A stretch of 64,000 bases of DNA from positions 186,001-250,000 of IMG/VR virus record IMGVR_UViG_3300046092_000062; one strand, 5' to 3'. Below are positions 25,186 through 34,729 of the stretch, piece after piece (the stretch's first letter is position 1; every line of letters begins with the position of its first letter). Both the position numbers and the translations under genes were made by a program. The notes beneath the pieces were generated by a model, which saw only the letters and a program-made list of their open reading frames with translations, was not told where the DNA came from and made no database searches.

Positions 25186-26394
25186 ATGATCCACCCATTC
25201 TCCGACAAAAATAAGTTCGGATACTACACAATCGGTCAGTATACCACTTACTCAAAGCTAGAAGCATTTGAGATTTCTTCAAAGACTCAACAACCTATTA
25301 GTAGATATTTCAATGATGAAGTCTACACCGCTGCTAATCCGTTAAACGAGCCTCCGTTATCACTGTGGGAATACTACACCCAACGAGCTCAACAGATTCG
25401 CAACAGTTATGATTATGTAGTTGTTATGTACAGCGGCGGAGCAGATAGCAAAACTGTGCTTGACTCATTTGTTAAAAACAACATTCATGTAGATGAGATT
25501 GCTCAGTTTACACATGCAGAGGGTTCGGGCAAAAACGCATTCATGGATAGAGAAGTTTGGAAAGTGGCAGCGCCAACTACTCAAGCAATCGTTGACAACA
25601 ACCCACTCACTAAGCATAGACTCATTGATGTATCTAAGCATTACTACTCGCAGTTTGATGACGCAAACTTTAAATTTGACTTTATCTACCAAGTAAACAA
25701 TTTCCTGCACCCACTTGCTAGTATCCGATGCAGATTAAGAGAATATGTCGACGATTGGAAACATATCATCGATTCTGGAAAAAGATTATGTTTAGTGTGG
25801 GGAGGTGAAAAGCCATTGGTATTTTACAGCGGTATACACAAAAAGCACGTTTTTATGTTTTCTGACTGTATTGATAATATGGTACCACCGTCTGTTCAGC
25901 AAGAGAATAACCCCGGATGGTTTGATGAGTTGTTTTACTGGACTCCGGACATGCCCGAGATTGCAATTAAACAGGCGCACGTTGTAAAAAACTGTTTTAG
26001 GGATCCTACTAATTCTCTTGGTTACTTAGAAAGGACCAAGGCACCGTCAGCATCAGCATTTGAACAAATTGTAAATGAAGATGCCAATCGACGCAGTGGT
26101 TCGACTGTTATCAATGGCGTTAGGTGGTTTTTGAAACGCGAAGCGTTGCATCAATTGATATACCCTACATGGAATCCGTACACGTTTTCAGACGGAAAAC
26201 CCCCGTCTATTATTACACATCCACGTGACCAATGGTTCTGGAACGACACTAGTGCATTAAATACTGCACGGACTAACTATATGCAGGGCATTGTAAAGTT
26301 TAAACAAATGGTTCCAGTTTCTGCACTAAAAGACCCAACTAATTTTGAAACTGGTTTGAAATTTATTAATACTAAAATGTACCCTGTAGAATAA
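25186..26394 (+). CDS. PP-loop (adenine nucleotide alpha-hydrolase) family protein
   Basis: VVMYSGGADS PP-loop; 402 aa; TAAGTA at 25176. Confidence 0.7.
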   Translation: MIHPFSDKNKFGYYTIGQYTTYSKLEAFEISSKTQQPISRYFNDEVYTAANPLNEPPLSLWEYYTQRAQQIRNSYDYVVVMYSGGADSKTVLDSFVKNNIHVDEIAQFTHAEGSGKNAFMDREVWKVAAPTTQAIVDNNPLTKHRLIDVSKHYYSQFDDANFKFDFIYQVNNFLHPLASIRCRLREYVDDWKHIIDSGKRLCLVWGGEKPLVFYSGIHKKHVFMFSDCIDNMVPPSVQQENNPGWFDELFYWTPDMPEIAIKQAHVVKNCFRDPTNSLGYLERTKAPSASAFEQIVNEDANRRSGSTVINGVRWFLKREALHQLIYPTWNPYTFSDGKPPSIITHPRDQWFWNDTSALNTARTNYMQGIVKFKQMVPVSALKDPTNFETGLKFINTKMYPVE

Positions 26395-26397
26395 TAG

Positions 26398-26426
26398 TTG
26401 CGCTAAATGGCATCATATGCTATAAT
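26398..26426 (+). promoter_or_regulatory. sigma70-type promoter
   Basis: TTGCGC-17-TATAAT with extended TG. Confidence 0.7.
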
Positions 26427-26431
26427 ACAGT

Positions 26432-26647
26432 ATGGAAAAGAAAATCAAATGGCTACACGAAGGTACACTACTTCGTGCCACTGTGCCCGTTGCACCACGT
26501 GGATTTGAAAGATCCCTTCGCGAAGAAGACATGGATCCAATCCAAGAATGGTGTGACGAAGTTGGGTACGGACGCCGCATGAGCTTTGACACGTTTAAAT
26601 TTAAAACACAGGCAGAGATAACTGCATTTCTACTAAAATGGTCTTAA
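26432..26647 (+). CDS. LRW-family mini-protein II-28
   Basis: EWCDE; tail FKTQAEITAFLLKWS. Confidence 0.85.
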   Translation: MEKKIKWLHEGTLLRATVPVAPRGFERSLREEDMDPIQEWCDEVGYGRRMSFDTFKFKTQAEITAFLLKWS

Positions 26648-26910
26648 TCGACAATGACATCAGCAGCATGTACCCAGGCAGCGTTGAAAACCCAAGAAGC
26701 AGAGTATTTTGGGCACAAATTGATGAGGAACATCGCATGAGAGTACTAAACAAGAAGTATTGGCCGTATCATGTTAAAGCCGAGACAACCGATAAACAAG
26801 AGCGCTGGTGCTATGAGAATCTCAAAAGTAGCGAATGGCGTAATGTTGGCAGTTACTTTGCATTCAAGCGAGAGCAAGATGCAATGATGTTTACACTAAA
26901 GTGGTCCTAA
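26638..26910 (+). CDS. LRW-family mini-protein II-29
   Basis: N-term DISSMYP; RWCYENL; tail FKREQDAMMFTLKWS. Confidence 0.85.
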   Translation: MVLIDNDISSMYPGSVENPRSRVFWAQIDEEHRMRVLNKKYWPYHVKAETTDKQERWCYENLKSSEWRNVGSYFAFKREQDAMMFTLKWS

Positions 26911-27200
26911 TGGATTTTGAATTTGTCGATAAATGCAGAGCCAAACTAAAACCTCTTGGGGTTAAAGTTAGCATTGACATCATTGATGATTGCTACTATG
27001 CAACATTTGATGGGACCAAGTCCTTAATGAAAACTAAGTGGGTTGAACTGTTTGGTATTTCATTTGGGCAGATTGCAATGCGTACACTAATGGAATTCCA
27101 CTCTGCCTTAGATGTAAAAGAGCCTGCTGATAACATAGCAGTTTTTAAAATTGGCACCCTTTTTGATATACTGAGCAAGCAACATGAGCAGACACTATAG
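26910..27200 (+). CDS. hypothetical protein
   Basis: TAATG coupled. Confidence 0.65.
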   Translation: MDFEFVDKCRAKLKPLGVKVSIDIIDDCYYATFDGTKSLMKTKWVELFGISFGQIAMRTLMEFHSALDVKEPADNIAVFKIGTLFDILSKQHEQTL

Positions 27201-28029
27201 TAGCAGCGCACCAGTTAGCTGGTTGCGTAACAAACTTAACATTGACAAGCCCTATGCCTTGCCGTGGGGAGGATTTGAGAAGTGGGAAGCCGAATTGAAA
27301 GCACAACGACCTATAGCATATTTCTTTACTGAAGTACTTCCTGACTGGATTGAGTACCCTGCCAAGTGGACCATCGATCCCATCAATGACGTTCGTTATT
27401 ACTTTCGAAATCGTTGGATTACAAAAACCCATTACATAAAGACTAGACTGCAACCCGGCAAGTGGTACGAGTATGAAACTAGAATTTTGCACGGACTTTT
27501 TAGTGAACTTGTGGACTTTGTTGAAATCGATAAGGCCAGTCATGCAGTTGCATGGGGCTCCAAAGAAGATCGAGCAAAATACAGTATCCCGTGGTGGAAG
27601 AAATTTCGCTTGGCTTATTGGGGAGAGTGGCGTTGCCCCCAAGCAGGACTCGATCACTTGCGTTGGGAAATCGATCTCGATAACCCCGATAAGGATGTAA
27701 GCGAGCGTTGCGATAGTCAAGCGCAGGCTGCACGTGAGACTATGATCTTATACACCTGGTGGAAAGAAATCCGCAGTGTGCGAACCGATAATGCTGCATA
27801 CGAAATATCTGGGTGGGACGATTTTAACGTGCGTATGGATGCCGAGCACGGGGACAACTGGTTATGGGGATCTTTGGGCAATGGTAGACGCGGTAAACTC
27901 ACTGTTACTGAACAACAAGAGTACGATGCTATCCGTGCCACCATCGATCAACTTGAACAAGATTGGGAGCGAGAAGACGAAGAGATGATGATCCGCTTAA
28001 TCAAGTTGCGTAAAAGTCTTTGGACTTGA
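27184..28029 (+). CDS. Trp-rich hypothetical protein
   Basis: 281-aa ORF. Confidence 0.8.
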   Translation: MSRHYSSSAPVSWLRNKLNIDKPYALPWGGFEKWEAELKAQRPIAYFFTEVLPDWIEYPAKWTIDPINDVRYYFRNRWITKTHYIKTRLQPGKWYEYETRILHGLFSELVDFVEIDKASHAVAWGSKEDRAKYSIPWWKKFRLAYWGEWRCPQAGLDHLRWEIDLDNPDKDVSERCDSQAQAARETMILYTWWKEIRSVRTDNAAYEISGWDDFNVRMDAEHGDNWLWGSLGNGRRGKLTVTEQQEYDAIRATIDQLEQDWEREDEEMMIRLIKLRKSLWT

Positions 28030-28054
28030 CCCATAATGATTTACCTAGTATAAT
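28026..28054 (+). promoter_or_regulatory. early promoter (TTGACCCATAATG class)
   Basis: TTGACC-17-TATAAT. Confidence 0.8.
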
Positions 28055-28072
28055 TGCTACACTGGAGTTAAC

Positions 28073-28474
28073 ATGACATTGGATTTGATCGTTGAATTTG
28101 TGGTTTTCTTTTTGCAATTTATGTTTTGGATGCTGGTGTTTAGCCTTTGCATCCGTGCAGTGACCGGAGGGTCTGCTTCAATTGAGGAAGAAAAAGAAGA
28201 GCTTAAAGACAAACTTACCAAACTCATACACGTTGTTAAGCCCGAAAAGCACGGCGACATGATTTATTGGTTTGACTACGACACAGATGCTTTCTTGGGA
28301 CAAGGACATACCGATGAGGAAATAATTGCACAGATCAAAGCAAGGTTTCCGTCGCATATTTTTATCATCAACGAAGGTCAAAGCAGCATCAGCGCACCCG
28401 ACTGGAAGGCTGCACCACTAGCTGCACTACTTGAGTCAAAATCTGTTAACAATATTGTTGGACGTATCAAATGA
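28073..28474 (+). CDS. membrane-anchored hypothetical protein
   Basis: N-terminal TM helix. Confidence 0.7.
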   Translation: MTLDLIVEFVVFFLQFMFWMLVFSLCIRAVTGGSASIEEEKEELKDKLTKLIHVVKPEKHGDMIYWFDYDTDAFLGQGHTDEEIIAQIKARFPSHIFIINEGQSSISAPDWKAAPLAALLESKSVNNIVGRIK

Positions 28475-28866
28475 GTATGCACCTACACCACCCTAGCCTT
28501 AGCATGACTGGCAAAAAGCGGGGCAAGATGAAATTTAAAAGCGCAGAAGCCAAACGCGAGTTTGAGCAACTGGATAAAGAGTGGAAAGATCTGCTCAAAC
28601 GTCAAGGTGCGGAGCTTGAAGAAAAGCGCCGCCAACGTGCGCTCAAAGCTGAGCCGCTTGCATACAAACTAAGTGCTCCTGCTGGGCGGGATACAGGACC
28701 ACGTATCCCAAGTTTGAACTCAGGTGCTGGTGTGGCCACTATGGCTCCTGCAAAAGTCTACACAGGCACAAAAGTAAAAGGTATTGCTACTATGCACAAG
28801 AGCAACGCCGTTCCAGTGTTTAGTGATGAAGAGGCTGTTGAAATCAGTCGTATGCGCCGTGGTTAA
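28471..28866 (+). CDS. basic hypothetical protein
   Basis: C-term YTGTKVKGIATMHKSNAVPVFS motif common in large phages (recalled). Confidence 0.75.
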   Translation: MSMHLHHPSLSMTGKKRGKMKFKSAEAKREFEQLDKEWKDLLKRQGAELEEKRRQRALKAEPLAYKLSAPAGRDTGPRIPSLNSGAGVATMAPAKVYTGTKVKGIATMHKSNAVPVFSDEEAVEISRMRRG

Positions 28867-29134
28867 TTATCAATACTACTGCGAAGTTAACTGGGACCGT
28901 CCTAGCCGCCCCAGGGGTGTTTATACGTTTGAGTCGCCTGATCACAAATATGCCACTAGATTATATTATGACGCAGTTCAATGCAGTGATGTAATATGGC
29001 GCCAAGGCCCTAAGGGCGGGGTCAAAATAGTTAAGGATCGCCGGGCAGTTTACCCGGTGGGCTATATTACTAGCAGCGAAAAACATATGAAAAAGTTCAT
29101 GTTTATTAAACTAACTGCCAAACCTTTGGCATAA
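28859..29134 (+). CDS. hypothetical protein
   Basis: probable GTG start within track ORF 28784-29134. Confidence 0.6.
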   Translation: MVNYQYYCEVNWDRPSRPRGVYTFESPDHKYATRLYYDAVQCSDVIWRQGPKGGVKIVKDRRAVYPVGYITSSEKHMKKFMFIKLTAKPLA

Positions 29135-29175
29135 GTAAACAGCGTACATAACGAAAGGATAACGCAGAAAACACC

Positions 29176-29397
29176 ATGGCAAAATCAGACGACATTATTC
29201 GCATGGCTGGCAAAGTAGAAGAAGTTCTACCCAACGCTATGTTTAGAATTGTGCTTGAAAACAAGCATACCATTACCGCAACTATTGGCGGTAGACTACG
29301 CAAAAACAATATTCGCATCTTGCTCGGCGATAGCGTAGAAATTGAAATGAGCCCATACGATATGGATCGCGGGCGTGTAGTGTATCGCAATAAATAA
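29176..29397 (+). CDS. infA: translation initiation factor IF-1
   Basis: [18 protein letters not shown]...[33 protein letters not shown]. Confidence 0.95.
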   Translation: MAKSDDIIRMAGKVEEVLPNAMFRIVLENKHTITATIGGRLRKNNIRILLGDSVEIEMSPYDMDRGRVVYRNK

Positions 29398-29940
29398 GTG
29401 ATGCACTCCATACGTAACACCCTAACACTATTAGAATCCCCAACCGAATTAGCGCAGATTAAACTGCCATACAGCCGCACTGCACTCTCACCAGTTATGA
29501 GTAGTGCAACAGTTGATAGTCATTACGGAAAACTATACAAGGGCTACGTAGATCGCTATAACAAAGGCGAAGGCGACAAAACCTTCAACGAAGCAGGTGC
29601 TTACTTACACGGCATATTCTTTGGTCAATTTAGAGCACCACGTTCTACTGCACCCAAAGGACACATATTAGATCTAATCAATCGCCACCACACATCATTT
29701 GTGGATTTTAAAAAGAATTTCAAAGAAGAAGCGTTAAAGATGCAAGGCTCTGGTTGGATTTATCTAAGCAAGAGCGGGGCAATTAAGACCATTGGTAATC
29801 ACGCTAAACGCACAGATATAGCATTGCTAGTTGATATGTGGGAACATGCTTACACAAACGACTACAGCACAAACAAAGCAAAGTATCTGGACAGCATCTG
29901 GCGCATAATGGACTGGGACGCAATTAACAGACGTTTGTGA
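29398..29940 (+). CDS. sod: Fe/Mn superoxide dismutase
   Basis: HYGK, LHGIFF, GSGW and DMWEHAY; all four metal ligands appear present. Confidence 0.88.
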   Translation: MMHSIRNTLTLLESPTELAQIKLPYSRTALSPVMSSATVDSHYGKLYKGYVDRYNKGEGDKTFNEAGAYLHGIFFGQFRAPRSTAPKGHILDLINRHHTSFVDFKKNFKEEALKMQGSGWIYLSKSGAIKTIGNHAKRTDIALLVDMWEHAYTNDYSTNKAKYLDSIWRIMDWDAINRRL

Positions 29941-30005
29941 CATATAGCCCGATATTGGGCTTGTACATGTTTTGGTAAATACTCATATAGTATGGATACC
30001 ACAAC

Positions 30006-32294
30006 ATGAGTTCAGACGTAAGATTCGTAAACACAGGCGCCGTTGCAAACGACGGAACAGGCGATGCAATTCGCACAGCATTTACTACTGTAAATAGTAA
30101 CTTCAGCAACATCGATGCCAGAATTAGCACCGGTAATTTCGGCGTTGTTTACAGCGGCACTTACATTCAAGCCAACTTGTTGTTAACAAGTCTCGGCCCA
30201 ACACTAACCGACTCATTAGAAGTCTACAGTACTGCAAATATTGCAGGTAATGTGCAGATCGCTAACCTAACAGTTAATAACGCATTTGTTGCAAGTAGAA
30301 TTACTTCCACTGGTAACACTTATGTACAAGATAGTTTGAATGTTACTAACGACATACAAGTTACTAGAAACGTGGTAATTGGCGGTAACTTAACGGTGCT
30401 TGGTAACTCTGTAACCGTTAGTTCCGCAGACTTGGCAGTGCAGGACAGCCTAATTAACTTACACACCGTTGGCCTTGATCCGTTAACATTCGACGACGGC
30501 AAGGACATTGGCTTAAAATTCCATTATTACAAAACATCTGACAAACATGCTGCTCTTGTGTGGGCCAATGATAGCCAAGCATTAGAGTTCTACGCTGACG
30601 GAATTGAATCAGTTGGTAACACATTTAGCGGAACTTACGGTAACGTAAAGGTAGGCAGCTTATTTGTTACTAACACCACAGCAACTACCGACACAACCAC
30701 CGGCGCTATTGTTACTCGAGGTGGTATTGCGGCTGCTGGTAACATCGCTGCAACCAATTTCTTAGGTAACGTATACGGTACCCAAGCCAACGTAGCCAAC
30801 TTATCTGTATCGGGCTCAGTTCTTGGCAGTTTATATTTTAGCGGAGCCGATACCATTTATATTAACGGTTCCGCAGTTGCTACATCAGCTGCATCGTTTA
30901 CAGGTGGTACTGTACCTGGATACACTTTATTCAATGCAGTAGTAGAAGCTCGTGGTAACATTTTCGCTAACAGCCAAGTTGCTAGCACTAGCACAACAAC
31001 TGGTGCGTTAGTTGTTAATGGCGGAGCAGGTATTAGTGGTACAGTATACGCAGGTAGCGTTAATGCTCCAATCGGAACTGGTACTGCCAACTCAGGCGCA
31101 TTTACTACTATCACGTCCACTGGCATTATAAACGCAAGCGGTAACATTGTTGCCGGTGCAACAACTCACAGCGTTGGTATTACTACTGGTGCTCTTGTTG
31201 TTAAGGGCGGTGTAGGTATTGCTGGTAACTTGTATGTAGGCGGTAGTATTAACAACACGCCAATTGGCGTATACGGATCAAGTATTGGTAACTTTATCAG
31301 CATTGGTGACCAAGGTCCTGGATACGGTATCTTTACTCGTTTACAAATCAACAACACCACAGCAAGTGCAAACTTAACCACTGGTGCCGTAATTGTAGCA
31401 GGTGGTGTTGGTGTAAGCGGTAACGTATATGCAAACGGCATGTATGCCAACAACATCGGCTTCGCTAACGGTGCGCCGTTTGTGTCAACTGCTATTGCCA
31501 ACACCGCAGATATTACTGCTAACATCCCAAGTGGACCTAGCGTAGGTGTTAGTTTAACTACTACTGGCGTAACTGCCGGTACTTACGGTAATGTAACCTA
31601 TTACCCAATCGTCACAGTCGACAGTAAAGGTCGCGCAACTTCAGTGGCATCTCAAGTTATTAACTTGCCGCTAACTGGCACGAGTGGCACTGGTGCAGCT
31701 AACGGTTCGTTAACCTTTGCCGGATCAAGTGGTGTTACTGCAACCGTAAGTGGCGGTACTGTAACCATTGCTACTCCACAAGATGTTCGCACTAGCGCAG
31801 CACCAACTTTTGCTGGTATTAACGTAAGCGCAGCGATTGTTCCAACTGGTAACGCCACTGTTAACTTAGGTAGCCCAACTGCATGGTTTAATAATATCTA
31901 CGGTGTATCAAGTCAAGCAAAATACGCTGACTTGGCAGAAAAGTACACAAGCGATAGCGATTATACCCCAGGTACTGTGTTAGTATTTGGTGGCGCACAA
32001 GAAGTTACAATCGCCGCAGAGTTTGCAGATACTAGAGTCGCTGGTGCAGTTACAACTGATCCAGCTTACTTGATGAATGCCGAACTAGATGGTGTTGCTA
32101 TTGCATTGCGTGGACGTATTCCAGTTAATGTAATTGGCAAGGTTGCTAAAGGTGATTTGCTTGTCACAAGTACAACACCAGGATGTGCGGTAAGTGTTGG
32201 GAACGACAAGACCTACGGTCCTGCGGTATTTGCCAAGGCACTTAACAATAAAGAAAACGATGGCATTGGCCAAATTGAAGCGGTAATACTATAA
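30006..32294 (+). CDS. tail fibre / virion structural protein
   Basis: N-term NDGTGDAIRTAF; G/T/N-rich beta repeats; C-term ADLAEKY..PGTVL chaperone-like domain. Confidence 0.75.
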   Translation: MSSDVRFVNTGAVANDGTGDAIRTAFTTVNSNFSNIDARISTGNFGVVYSGTYIQANLLLTSLGPTLTDSLEVYSTANIAGNVQIANLTVNNAFVASRITSTGNTYVQDSLNVTNDIQVTRNVVIGGNLTVLGNSVTVSSADLAVQDSLINLHTVGLDPLTFDDGKDIGLKFHYYKTSDKHAALVWANDSQALEFYADGIESVGNTFSGTYGNVKVGSLFVTNTTATTDTTTGAIVTRGGIAAAGNIAATNFLGNVYGTQANVANLSVSGSVLGSLYFSGADTIYINGSAVATSAASFTGGTVPGYTLFNAVVEARGNIFANSQVASTSTTTGALVVNGGAGISGTVYAGSVNAPIGTGTANSGAFTTITSTGIINASGNIVAGATTHSVGITTGALVVKGGVGIAGNLYVGGSINNTPIGVYGSSIGNFISIGDQGPGYGIFTRLQINNTTASANLTTGAVIVAGGVGVSGNVYANGMYANNIGFANGAPFVSTAIANTADITANIPSGPSVGVSLTTTGVTAGTYGNVTYYPIVTVDSKGRATSVASQVINLPLTGTSGTGAANGSLTFAGSSGVTATVSGGTVTIATPQDVRTSAAPTFAGINVSAAIVPTGNATVNLGSPTAWFNNIYGVSSQAKYADLAEKYTSDSDYTPGTVLVFGGAQEVTIAAEFADTRVAGAVTTDPAYLMNAELDGVAIALRGRIPVNVIGKVAKGDLLVTSTTPGCAVSVGNDKTYGPAVFAKALNNKENDGIGQIEAVIL

Positions 32295-34729
32295 TGATTG
32301 TTTGGAACACACCAGCTGGTCGACTAGGTACTCTTAAAGAACTCGATTTCAACGAGATCGTATTAAGTGCAACTGATCTCAATACTGGACCATTGACATA
32401 TATACACCTGTCGGGATCTATGCCCCCAGGTATGTATGTCACGTCCGACGGTGTAGTTAAAGGTGTGCCGAATATCACCGGCACAGTTAGCGGAAATTCC
32501 GCAACGTATGTGTTCTCTATTAGAGCTGCAAACGCCAGCGGAAACATAGCTGATAGAACTTTTAGTTTGGTAATTACAAACCAAAGTGTATTAACAATTG
32601 AACCTCGCAGCCTAAGCCTTGGCGCATTTGACGACGGCAAACTTATTTCATACCAGTTCCATGCAATAACAGACAATCCGGGGGCAAACCTAACGTGGAC
32701 TGTTATCAGTGGGTCATTACCAATTGACATTAGAACTGGACAACCAATCACGTTAAGTCAAACTGGCTTACTTGAAGGGCACATTGCAAGACTAATTGAT
32801 ACCACTAGTGGAACCGCAGGATACGGCGTAGAAGCCGACGATTCATTCCCGTTTGACTTTAGTGCAGGCAGCAAAGACAAGGTTTACAGCTTCGAAATTC
32901 AAGTAACCGACGGGTACTCATACGACACTGTGCCTGTTACGATTGCTATTGTAAGTAAAGGAAACTTTACTGCTGATAACGACATCACTATCATCAATAA
33001 CACATCATTGCTCGTTGACGCAGATAATAAGTATGTTCCAGTTATCGTGACTGATCCATCAAACATCCCTGTGCTCGAAGAGGGAAGTAAATTTAGTTTT
33101 AAATTTGATGCAATTGACCCCGAAGACGATGTAGTCTATTGGTCTGCTAATGCAGGATTACCAAACGGATTAACTATCAGTAGTGTAACTGGATGGGTGT
33201 CTGGCACAATTCCGATCCAAACTGAAGAGCAAAAGACCTACACATTCAATGTAACTGCATACAAACGAGACAAACCCACGTATGTTAGCGTTCCTGTGCA
33301 AGTTAACATCACCACTGTTAGAGATTCCAGCAACTATATTACTTGGGCAAGCCCAAGTACGCTAGGTAGCATCATCAACGGTACTGCAAGCGAGTTTAAA
33401 ATTTCTGCAATTAGCAACCTAGGTAAAGAAATTAAGTATACTAAGTTGGATCTACCAAGTGATCGCTTACCTCAAGGTCTAAAGATGTTAGACACTGGTG
33501 AGATTATTGGTCGTGCTACGTTTCAATACTTTAGCATCGATGGTCATAGCAGCAAAATATCCGTCGAAGATGCCAGTTCTATTGTAGTCGGGATGACTGT
33601 TGAAGGCCCAGGTGTTGCTAGCGGGTGTACAGTGACTCAACTAATTGATGCGCATACTGTGGAAATTCAGCCTGCAATTTACGTCACTGAGGGTACGCAA
33701 ATCACTTTTGCAGATTTACTACACAGTGTTGAAGTAATTACTCGAACAACCAGCTTGAGTAGTACTACTTCAATTGACGACAATAAAACCACATTCGACA
33801 GTACATTTAAATTTACTGTAAATGCCGTAACTGCTGACCAAACTGCGTCTGCGACTAAAGAGTTTACTATCGCAGTTAATAACTACAATCGCGCTCCATA
33901 CGAAAACGTATACCTAAAGGCATTGCCAAGCATTGACCAGCGCCGTACATTTGACAGCATCATCAGCAACACAGACATTTTCCCAGATGAGTTGATTTAT
34001 CGCCCATTGGATCCATGGTTTGGTAAGGCCAAAGACATTAAACTGCTTTTTGTGCCCGGGCTAACTGCAAGTGACCTAAGCACGTTTGCTAATGCTATCC
34101 AAAATAACCACTACAATAAGAAGATCAACTTCGGTAAGATTAAAACGGCCCGTGCTGTTGATGAAAAATTCAACACCAAATATGAAGTTGTTTACCTTGA
34201 AGTCGAAGATACTAATGCAGGTGCTGCACTGAGTCAAGAGCCGGCTATCAGTCATTATTACAACAATATCTACCACACACTCTACCCAAACAGTTTTAGA
34301 AATATGACTTATAGATTAGCCAATGGTGTTGGGTATAGTAATAGAGGCGCACTACCAGACTGGATGACTAGTCCACAAGAAGATGGTAAGGTATTGGGAT
34401 TAACTAGGGCAGTTGTTTTAGCATATACTGTGCCGGGCGCATCAAAGTTAATTGCATATCGTCTAAACAACAACCAAATCACATTTAATAACATCCAATT
34501 TATTGCCGATCGTTATCAAATTGACGCTGGCATGATTGACAATTACAACACAGCCACTAACGCATTTATACCAAGTGCAGAAACCACGTTCGATTTTAGC
34601 GGATTTAGCGCAATACGCACTATTTTCGATAGCAACGATACTAGATTCTATAGCAATAGAGACAATTACGCCGAACCAGAATCTGGCGATAAATATATTA
34701 TGTTCACACAACACGGAGTTTTTAAATAA
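32294..34729 (+). CDS. Ig-like repeat virion (baseplate/tail) protein
   Basis: repeated W.T.AG.LG / LP.GL.L...G.I.G Ig-like units; 811 aa. Confidence 0.7.
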   Translation: MIVWNTPAGRLGTLKELDFNEIVLSATDLNTGPLTYIHLSGSMPPGMYVTSDGVVKGVPNITGTVSGNSATYVFSIRAANASGNIADRTFSLVITNQSVLTIEPRSLSLGAFDDGKLISYQFHAITDNPGANLTWTVISGSLPIDIRTGQPITLSQTGLLEGHIARLIDTTSGTAGYGVEADDSFPFDFSAGSKDKVYSFEIQVTDGYSYDTVPVTIAIVSKGNFTADNDITIINNTSLLVDADNKYVPVIVTDPSNIPVLEEGSKFSFKFDAIDPEDDVVYWSANAGLPNGLTISSVTGWVSGTIPIQTEEQKTYTFNVTAYKRDKPTYVSVPVQVNITTVRDSSNYITWASPSTLGSIINGTASEFKISAISNLGKEIKYTKLDLPSDRLPQGLKMLDTGEIIGRATFQYFSIDGHSSKISVEDASSIVVGMTVEGPGVASGCTVTQLIDAHTVEIQPAIYVTEGTQITFADLLHSVEVITRTTSLSSTTSIDDNKTTFDSTFKFTVNAVTADQTASATKEFTIAVNNYNRAPYENVYLKALPSIDQRRTFDSIISNTDIFPDELIYRPLDPWFGKAKDIKLLFVPGLTASDLSTFANAIQNNHYNKKINFGKIKTARAVDEKFNTKYEVVYLEVEDTNAGAALSQEPAISHYYNNIYHTLYPNSFRNMTYRLANGVGYSNRGALPDWMTSPQEDGKVLGLTRAVVLAYTVPGASKLIAYRLNNNQITFNNIQFIADRYQIDAGMIDNYNTATNAFIPSAETTFDFSGFSAIRTIFDSNDTRFYSNRDNYAEPESGDKYIMFTQHGVFK

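Larger units (their letters stand above)
16980..26910 (+). other. tandem array II of about 27-29 LRW-family mini-genes with a few unrelated insertions
   Basis: consecutive short ORFs with F..E.D...F.L[RK]W tails; 20 in a row from 19766 to 25175. Confidence 0.88.

Noticed and set aside
4406-26910. CRISPR array interpretation of the recurring junction motif
   Set aside because: Spacing is 180-420 nt and the intervening sequences are intact ORFs; repeats are degenerate, coding and non-palindromic; no cas genes are present.
4406-26910. Integron with attC sites (GTTGAGG resembles the GTTRRRY core)
   Set aside because: The seventh base is G, not a pyrimidine; there is no inverse core or palindromic attC between genes, no intergenic space and no tyrosine integrase in the window.
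4406-26910. Diversity-generating retroelement
   Set aside because: No reverse transcriptase and no TR/VR pair differing only at adenines was seen in the window; one elsewhere in the genome cannot be excluded.
30700-31800. Tandem DNA repeats in the tail-fibre gene
   Set aside because: Similarity is at the protein level (TTGALVV.GG.GI.GN units) with diverged codons, which is ordinary for fibre proteins.
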